Shown one piece after another: positions 18,662 through 25,100 of a DNA stretch of 30,111 bases. Below the pieces are notes generated by a model. The model did not search any database, was not told the DNA's origin, and worked only from the letters and a program-made list of their open reading frames with translations. The DNA is taken from contig JANOQV010000092.1 in assembly GCA_031414955.1 (NCBI GenBank), positions 1 to 30,111 of the forward strand, written 5' to 3'. Positions within the stretch are counted from its first letter, which is position 1; each line of letters starts with the position of its first letter. A program made the translations under genes and the position numbers. Origin of the DNA: Pedosphaera sp. Lineage in GTDB: Bacteria > Verrucomicrobiota > Verrucomicrobiia > Limisphaerales > SIBH01.

Positions 18662-20374
18662 TCAAGGCGTCGGAGGATTGCCGCTGTAGATGAATTCATC
18701 ACGGCTCAACACGCCGTCCTTGTTGCTGTCAAAACGCTCGAAGCGATTCGGGGCTTCGGCGGGGTCGGGCTGGTTGGCGAGAAATTCTTCGCGCGTCAGT
18801 TGGTTGTCATGGTTCGCGTCCTTCTTCTCGAAGAGGGCGGTGCGATCCTGTTTCTGATTTGCGGTGGCTTTGGCGGCTTTGAACTGCGGTTTGGCTTCGG
18901 GCAGTTTCGCCAGCATGGCCCGCATTCGGGAAACCACTTCCGGTTGCGACGCCGCGACGTTCTTCGTTTCCAATGGATCGGTTTCGTAATCGTAAAGTTC
19001 GAGTTCAGCCGAGTCAGCGGCGGCACCGGGGACTTTCCATTCCACCAGGCGATGGCGCGTGGTGCGGACGGCGCGGCCAATGCGTTCGCCGCGCGGATAG
19101 ACGTGGAAGATTTGATTCTTCGTAGCGAGCGCCGGGGCACGCAGCGCGGAGACAAAACTCTTGCCTTCGATGCCTTGCGGCACCTGCGGCGCGGGCAGTC
19201 CGGCGAGTTCGGCCAGCGTCGGATAAAGGTCCACCGTCTCCACGAGCGCGTTGGTCGCGTGCGCCCCGGGCTTGCTCACGCCGGGCGCGGAGACGATGAG
19301 CGGAATGCGGGTGGCCTGCTCGTAGTTGGAATGCTTGCACCACATGCCGTGGTCGCCGAGATGCCAGCCGTGGTCACCCCACAGCACAATGATGGTGTTA
19401 GTGGCGAGACTCAGCCGGTCCAATTCATCCAGCACGCGGCCAAGCTGCGCGTCCATGTAACTGATCGCCGCGTGATAGCCGTGGAGGAGCGCGCGCGCCT
19501 GCTCATCCGTCACCGGCCCGTTGGTCGGCATGTCGCTGTATTGGCGCAGTTCGCCCCAGCCCGTCGGAGCGTACTTCGGCGCGCCTTCCGGCGGCGTGCG
19601 CAACGACGGCACGGTGAATGACGCGCGCTCGTACAGATCCCAATACTTCTTCGGCGCGCAGAACGGCAGGTGCGGCTTGAGGAAACCAACGGCGAGGAAG
19701 AACGGTTCGTTGGGTTTCGACTTCGCCGACTGCAAACGACGGAGGGCTTCATCGGCGATCTTGCCATCGGGATATTCAGTGTCGGCCACGGCTGCGGATT
19801 CATACGCGGCTCCGCGTGGCAGCTTGCCCGCGTCCTGGTTGGCGAACAGCGCCTCCTCCCGCGTGAGCGACTGGTTGGCGCGGCTCTCCGGCAGCAGGTA
19901 GGCGATCGATTTCGCCTGAAAGTGTGGGACGCTCCACGATGCGGAGTCCTCGTGATTGCCATGCCCGACATGGAAAATCTTCCCCAGCGCCTCGGCGCGA
20001 TAGCCGTGCTTCATAAAATACTGCGACATGGTCAAGGCATTCGAGGCGGCGAGGCGGAAGTTCGTCCCCAGATCATAAATGCCCAGCGTGGTCGGGCGCA
20101 CGCCCGTCATCAGCGCATTGCGCGACGGCGCGCACACCGCCTGATTGCAATACGCGCGTTCAAACACCACCCCGCGCGCCGCCAGCCGATCAATGTTCGG
20201 CGACTTGACCACCCTGTCCCCGTAGCACTCGAGCACCGGCTTCAGATCATCCACGGCGATGAAAAGAATGTTGGGTTTCAGTGCGTCCGCAGCGAGAGCC
20301 AGCCACGGCAGGCACAGCAGACCTGGAAGGAAGCAGCGTGCGAAGCGGAGGGTCGCAACGATTTTGGCTTTCAT
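18662..20374 (-). CDS. Exported sulfatase (iduronate-2-sulfatase-like, formylglycine-dependent) with C-terminal EF-hand pair
   Basis: 'PNILFIAVDDL', CxPxR 'CAPSR', 'GKIFH', 'KPHLPF', 'DHGWHLGDHG.W.K'; EF-hands DANHDNQLTREEF and DSNKDGVLSRDEF. Confidence 0.92.
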   Translation of the reverse strand: MKAKIVATLRFARCFLPGLLCLPWLALAADALKPNILFIAVDDLKPVLECYGDRVVKSPNIDRLAARGVVFERAYCNQAVCAPSRNALMTGVRPTTLGIYDLGTNFRLAASNALTMSQYFMKHGYRAEALGKIFHVGHGNHEDSASWSVPHFQAKSIAYLLPESRANQSLTREEALFANQDAGKLPRGAAYESAAVADTEYPDGKIADEALRRLQSAKSKPNEPFFLAVGFLKPHLPFCAPKKYWDLYERASFTVPSLRTPPEGAPKYAPTGWGELRQYSDMPTNGPVTDEQARALLHGYHAAISYMDAQLGRVLDELDRLSLATNTIIVLWGDHGWHLGDHGMWCKHSNYEQATRIPLIVSAPGVSKPGAHATNALVETVDLYPTLAELAGLPAPQVPQGIEGKSFVSALRAPALATKNQIFHVYPRGERIGRAVRTTRHRLVEWKVPGAAADSAELELYDYETDPLETKNVAASQPEVVSRMRAMLAKLPEAKPQFKAAKATANQKQDRTALFEKKDANHDNQLTREEFLANQPDPAEAPNRFERFDSNKDGVLSRDEFIYSGNPPTP

Positions 20375-20562
20375 GGTTCGAGTTCCAGCATCACGGATTC
20401 AGCGGACCGAGCCAATCCTTTTGGAGCCAGCGAGGCAACTGGAGGCGCAGCCTTACACCGTTGGTGAAGGCGGGACGGCGCGGAGGTGGAAAGCCTCGCG
20501 CTGCGAGGCGAGGGCCGGCCGGGGCCGCTCGACAAGTTGGTCTTCGGCGTCGGCGTGGCCGC

Positions 20563-21564
20563 TCATTTCAAAACGTAGCGTCCGGTTTTCACAGTGCCCA
20601 CGCGCTTGACCAACCCGGCCTTCACCAGCGGACGCAGCAAATCCATCGCGCCCTGCTTGGACACCTTCAGTGCCGCCCAGAGTGCGGATGGCGCCATGCC
20701 CCCGCTCTGGCCGAGCAGCTTCAGCAACTGCTCCTGACGCGGGCGGAGCACCACCTTCTCGCGCGCCGTGGAAACCGAGAGCTGCCCCATCCGCTCCCAC
20801 ACCCGCTCCAGCGTTTGCCGCAAACCCTCGGCGCAATACTCCAGCCACGAGGTCAGGTCGTCGCCTTCGCGTCGCACCGCATCCAGCGCCGCGTAATACC
20901 GGGGGCGATCCTCCCAGTAAAATTCGTCCACCGCGAAGATGTGATGCGAATCAAACCCGCGCCGATAAAGTTCCCAGAGTGCCAGAGCCCGGCCCGCGCG
21001 CCCATTGCCATCGGCAAACGGATGAATCGTCTCGAAGCGATGATGCACGATGGCCGAACTCAACACCGGCGACAGTCCCGGCGCATCCTTGTTCCACCAC
21101 TCCAACAGTTCGAACATCAGGCCCGACACATCCTCCGGCGGCGGCGGCACGAAGTGGCCCACCCGCACCCGCATCGTCCGGTAGCGACCCGGCTCGCCCT
21201 GATCCATCACCTCACCGGCGATGATCTGGTGCAGCCGGAAAATGTCCTCATGCGTCAGTCGCTTCTTCGTCGCCTGCTTCTCCACATGCCGCAGTGCCGC
21301 GAAATAATTCAGCACCTCGCGTCGTGCCCGCACCGGCGCGACCACCGTCGTTCCTTCCTCCAGCGCGCGGACTTCCTCCAGCGTGAGCGGATTGCCCTCG
21401 ATGGCGGTTGAACTGTGGGTGTTCCGCGCTCGCGTGTCCTTTTGCAGCGCGGGAATCCACGGCAATTGCACCGCCGCGCCTTGAATGCGCTCCCGCAGGG
21501 CGGCAATGCTTTCCACCCGCGCCAGCAGGGCGACCGTGATGGTGAATTGCGGCTGGTAACTCAT
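20563..21564 (-). CDS. Fic-family protein (N-terminal inhibitory helix) with C-terminal winged-HTH
   Basis: Fic motif HPFADGNGRAGR; inhibitory motif STAIEGN; C-terminal HTH-like 'LWAALKVSKQGAMDLLRPLVKAGLVKRVG'. Confidence 0.92.
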   Translation of the reverse strand: MSYQPQFTITVALLARVESIAALRERIQGAAVQLPWIPALQKDTRARNTHSSTAIEGNPLTLEEVRALEEGTTVVAPVRARREVLNYFAALRHVEKQATKKRLTHEDIFRLHQIIAGEVMDQGEPGRYRTMRVRVGHFVPPPPEDVSGLMFELLEWWNKDAPGLSPVLSSAIVHHRFETIHPFADGNGRAGRALALWELYRRGFDSHHIFAVDEFYWEDRPRYYAALDAVRREGDDLTSWLEYCAEGLRQTLERVWERMGQLSVSTAREKVVLRPRQEQLLKLLGQSGGMAPSALWAALKVSKQGAMDLLRPLVKAGLVKRVGTVKTGRYVLK

Positions 21565-21571
21565 GTCCGCC

Positions 21572-21622
21572 ACTTTGCCGATGGGTCAATCTTGGGTCAA
21601 GTATCAGTCAAGTATCGGTCAA
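21572..21622 (-). promoter_or_regulatory. Four 11-bp-period TTGAC direct repeats overlapping the putative fic promoter
   Basis: GTCAA at 21585, 21596, 21607 and 21618; minus-strand TTGACC-17nt-CAAAGT-7nt-ATG. Confidence 0.65.
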
Positions 21623-21646
21623 GCTGCCGAAGCCCATGCCCACCTT

Positions 21647-21799
21647 CCCTCTCCGCCTCGAACGGGGAGAGTCCGACGCCACCATCGCCCATCAGATTTT
21701 CCTTCTCCGCATCCGATGGGGAGAAGGTGGCCGCAGGTCGGATGAGGTGTGCTTGGAGAGTGGAGAGGGGCTGGGGTGAGGGCAATGGGGTGAGGTGTC
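21647..21799. repeat. Cluster of CCCTCTCC...GGAGAGGG palindromic repeats, apparently nested
   Basis: ccctctccgcctcgaacggggagag; ccttctccgcatccgatggggagaagg; ggagaggggctggggtgagggc. Confidence 0.7.
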
Positions 21800-22024
21800 G
21801 AGGTTTTACTGTGCTTGTCGCCGCCATTCCACCCCCGCTACTCTCGCCGCGTTCCGAAAAACAAAACGATCCAGAAACCAATTTAACCAGAACCAATTCG
21901 CGTAGCTTCGGCTGCTGTCCACTACGAAACCGCTAATTTCGACACGAAGGACATCGCTTGATGCACGCCCCACCTGGGGCGTGTTGAAAGCGCTCCTTCG
22001 TGGGCCCTTAGCGGTGCCTGTAGT

Positions 22025-22055
22025 GGGGCGTGTGTAAACACGTCCCTTTTGTTTT
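22025..22055 (+). terminator. Intrinsic terminator-like hairpin upstream of the Type ISP gene
   Basis: ggggcgtgt-gtaa-acacgtccc followed by ttttgtttt. Confidence 0.5.
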
Positions 22056-22131
22056 CAGGCACCGGGAAGAACCCACGGAGGACACGCCATCCCGACAGGG
22101 CTGATTCGCGCGCGAGCGAATCCCTGTCTGC

Positions 22132-25100
22132 ATGGCTAAAATTTCCATTCACGACGTCCTCGCGCATTTTCGCGAGGCCGCATCTTCCAACCGTGACCTC
22201 GGCGACCGCTTCGAGCGGCTCATCTGCCGTTACCTCGAACTCGATCCCATCTACGCCGAGCGCTTCTCGCGCGTGTGGATGTGGAACGAGTGGCCGCGCA
22301 AAGGAAACGTCGGTGACGTGGGCATTGACGTGGTGGCCGAAGAGCGCGCCACCGGTGAGTTCTGCGCCGTCCAGTGCAAGTTCCATCTCCCGGAAAACGA
22401 AATCAGCAAAGGAGACATCGACTCCTTCTTCACCGCCGCAGGCAGTGCCAGGTTCACATCGGGAATCATCGTCTCCACCACGGACAAGTGGGGCAAAAAT
22501 GCCGAGCACGCTCTCCTCAGCCAAGGGAAGCCATTCAACCGAATCACCGTCCACGACCTCGACGCCAGCCCGATTGACTGGTCGAAGTTCAGTCTCCAGC
22601 GCCCGCAAGACCTTTCCTTGCGCGAGCGGAAGAAGGCGCTTCAACACCAGACCGTCGCCATCACCGACGTAATCAACGGCTTTGCCCAGGCCGACCGGGG
22701 CAAACTCATCATGGCTTGCGGCACAGGCAAAACCTTCACTTCCCTGCGCATCGCCGAACAAATCGCGCCCACGGGCCACGTTCTCTTTCTCGTGCCGTCA
22801 CTCTCGCTGCTGTCGCAAAACCTGCGCGAATGGACCGCCGAATCCACCCGCCCCATGCACAGCCTCGCCGTCTGCTCCGACACCAGCATCGGCAAGCGCA
22901 CCACCAAGACCGACGACGACAAGGCGGACATCACGACCTACGGCCTCGCGTTTCCTGCCACGACTTCCGCACGGCAGATTGTCGGCCAGTATCAGGCGAT
23001 TCACCGCATGGCGGAGAAAAAGAAAACGCCCGCGCAGATGACCGTCGTCTTCTCCACGTATCAATCCATCGAAGCGGTGGCAGAAGCGCAGAAAGCCGGG
23101 TTGCCGGAATTCGATCTCATCATCTGCGACGAAGCACACCGCACCACGGGCGTCACTCTCACCGGCGAAGACGAAAGTCACTTCGTCAAAGTCCACGACG
23201 CCAGTTTCATCAAGGCGAAGAAACGCCTCTACATGACCGCCACGCCGCGCATCTATGGCGACGAGGCCAAGGTGAAGGCGGAACAGGCCAGTGCGGAAGT
23301 CTGCTCAATGGATACGGTCGAACAGTTCGGCGCGGAGTTTCATCGCCTCGGCTTCGGCGAAGCCGTCGGCAAATCCCTGCTCTCCGATTACAAGGTGCTC
23401 GTTCTTGCTGTGGACGAAAAATACGTCTCCAAAACTTTCCAGCGTCAAATCACCGACGTGAACAACGAGATCAATCTCGACGACGCCGTTCGTATCACCG
23501 GCTGCTGGAATGGTCTCGCCAAACGCTTTGAACAGTCCGCCGCCACCGCCACCGCCGCCGACTTGCAAGGCGACATGGCTCACATGCGCCGCGCTGTGGC
23601 CTTCTCCCGTTCCATCAAAGACTCGAAAGCCTTCGTCGAGAAGTTCGGCCAGATCATCGCCGCCTACCGCGAGACGCATCCCGACGCGGAAAATCTCCTT
23701 ACCTGCGAACTCGATCATGTGGACGGCACATACGACGCCCTCAAGCGCAACGCCCGGCTCGATTGGCTCAAAGCCAATTCCCCGGACCACACCTGCCGCA
23801 TCCTCTCCAATGCCCGTTGCCTTTCCGAAGGCGTGGACGTGACCGCGCTGGACGCCGTGCTGTTTCTCAATCCGCGCAAATCCATCATTGATGTCGTCCA
23901 GTCCGTCGGGCGCGTGATGCGCCGCGCGGAAGGAAAGAAATACGGCTACATCATCCTGCCCATCGGCATCCCGGCGGACGTGCCCGCCGAAGAAGCGCTG
24001 AAAGACAACGAGAAATACAAAGTCGTCTGGCAGGTCTTGCAGGCGCTCCGCGCCCACGACGACCGCTTCAACGCCACGGTCAATCAGATCGAACTCAACA
24101 AGCAGCGGCCCGACGTGATCCAAGTCATCGGCATCGGCGGTGACGACCCGAACTCCAAGGACGACAGCAAGAGCGACGGCGACAGTCAGATGAAAGTCCG
24201 CGAAGTGCAGGGCGCGTTTGCCTTTCCGCAACTGGAGGAATGGAAGGACGCGATCTACGCCCGCATCGTCCTCAAGTGCGGCGACCGTCGCTATTGGGAA
24301 AGCTGGGCCAAGGACGTGGCCGTCATCGCCGAACGCCACACCGACCGCATCCGCGCCCTGCTCGAAAGCGGTGAAGCGCGCCACAAGAAAGCCTTCGCCG
24401 ACTTCCTCGCCGGTCTGCGCGACAACCTCAATCCCAGCGTCACTGCGGACGACGCCATCGAAATGCTTTCCCAGCATCTCATCACCCGCCCGGTCTTCGA
24501 TGCGTTGTTCGAGAACTACGCCTTCACCCAGCAGAATCCCGTCTCCATCGCCATGCAGACGATGCTGGAAACGCTGCACGACCAGGCGCTGGAAAAGGAA
24601 ACTGCCGCGCTGGAAAAATTCTACGTCAGCGTCCGCCAGCGCGCTTCCGGCATCGACAACGCCGAGGGTCGCCAGCGCGTCGTCATTGAGCTTTATGACA
24701 AATTCTTTCGCACCGCCTTCCCGAAGATGGCCGAGCGCCTCGGCATCGTTTACACGCCGGTCGAGGTCGTGGATTTTCTCATCCACAGCATTAACGACAT
24801 CCTCCAGCGCGAGTTCTCCTGCACCCTTTCGGACAAGGATGTCCACGTCATTGACCCTTTCACCGGCACGGCCACCTTCATTGTGCGCCTCCTCCAGAGC
24901 GGCCACATCCGGCCCGCCGACCTCCTCCGCAAATACCAGCACGAGCTGCACGCCAACGAAATCGTCCTGCTCGCCTACTACATCGCCGCCATCAACATCG
25001 AGGAAACCTTCCACGGGTTGCAACGAACCGGTGTGAAATATCCCGGCGCGGAGATAGGCCGCCCCTACAGGGCTTCCGATACGCGGGCCTCTAAACCTGG

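Noticed and set aside
20375..20562. Short hairpins between fic and the sulfatase gene
   Set aside because: Short GC stems without U-tracts or other copies in the window; cannot be assigned.
21930..22015. Possible integron attC site
   Set aside because: The long hairpin lacks the conserved AAC/GTT core triplets and an evident extrahelical base; no integron integrase or cassette array is present.
24130..24200. Acidic low-complexity stretch GGDDPNSKDDSKSDGDSQ as a third insertion
   Set aside because: No palindromic DNA and normal codon usage; looks like an ordinary variable linker after the helicase.
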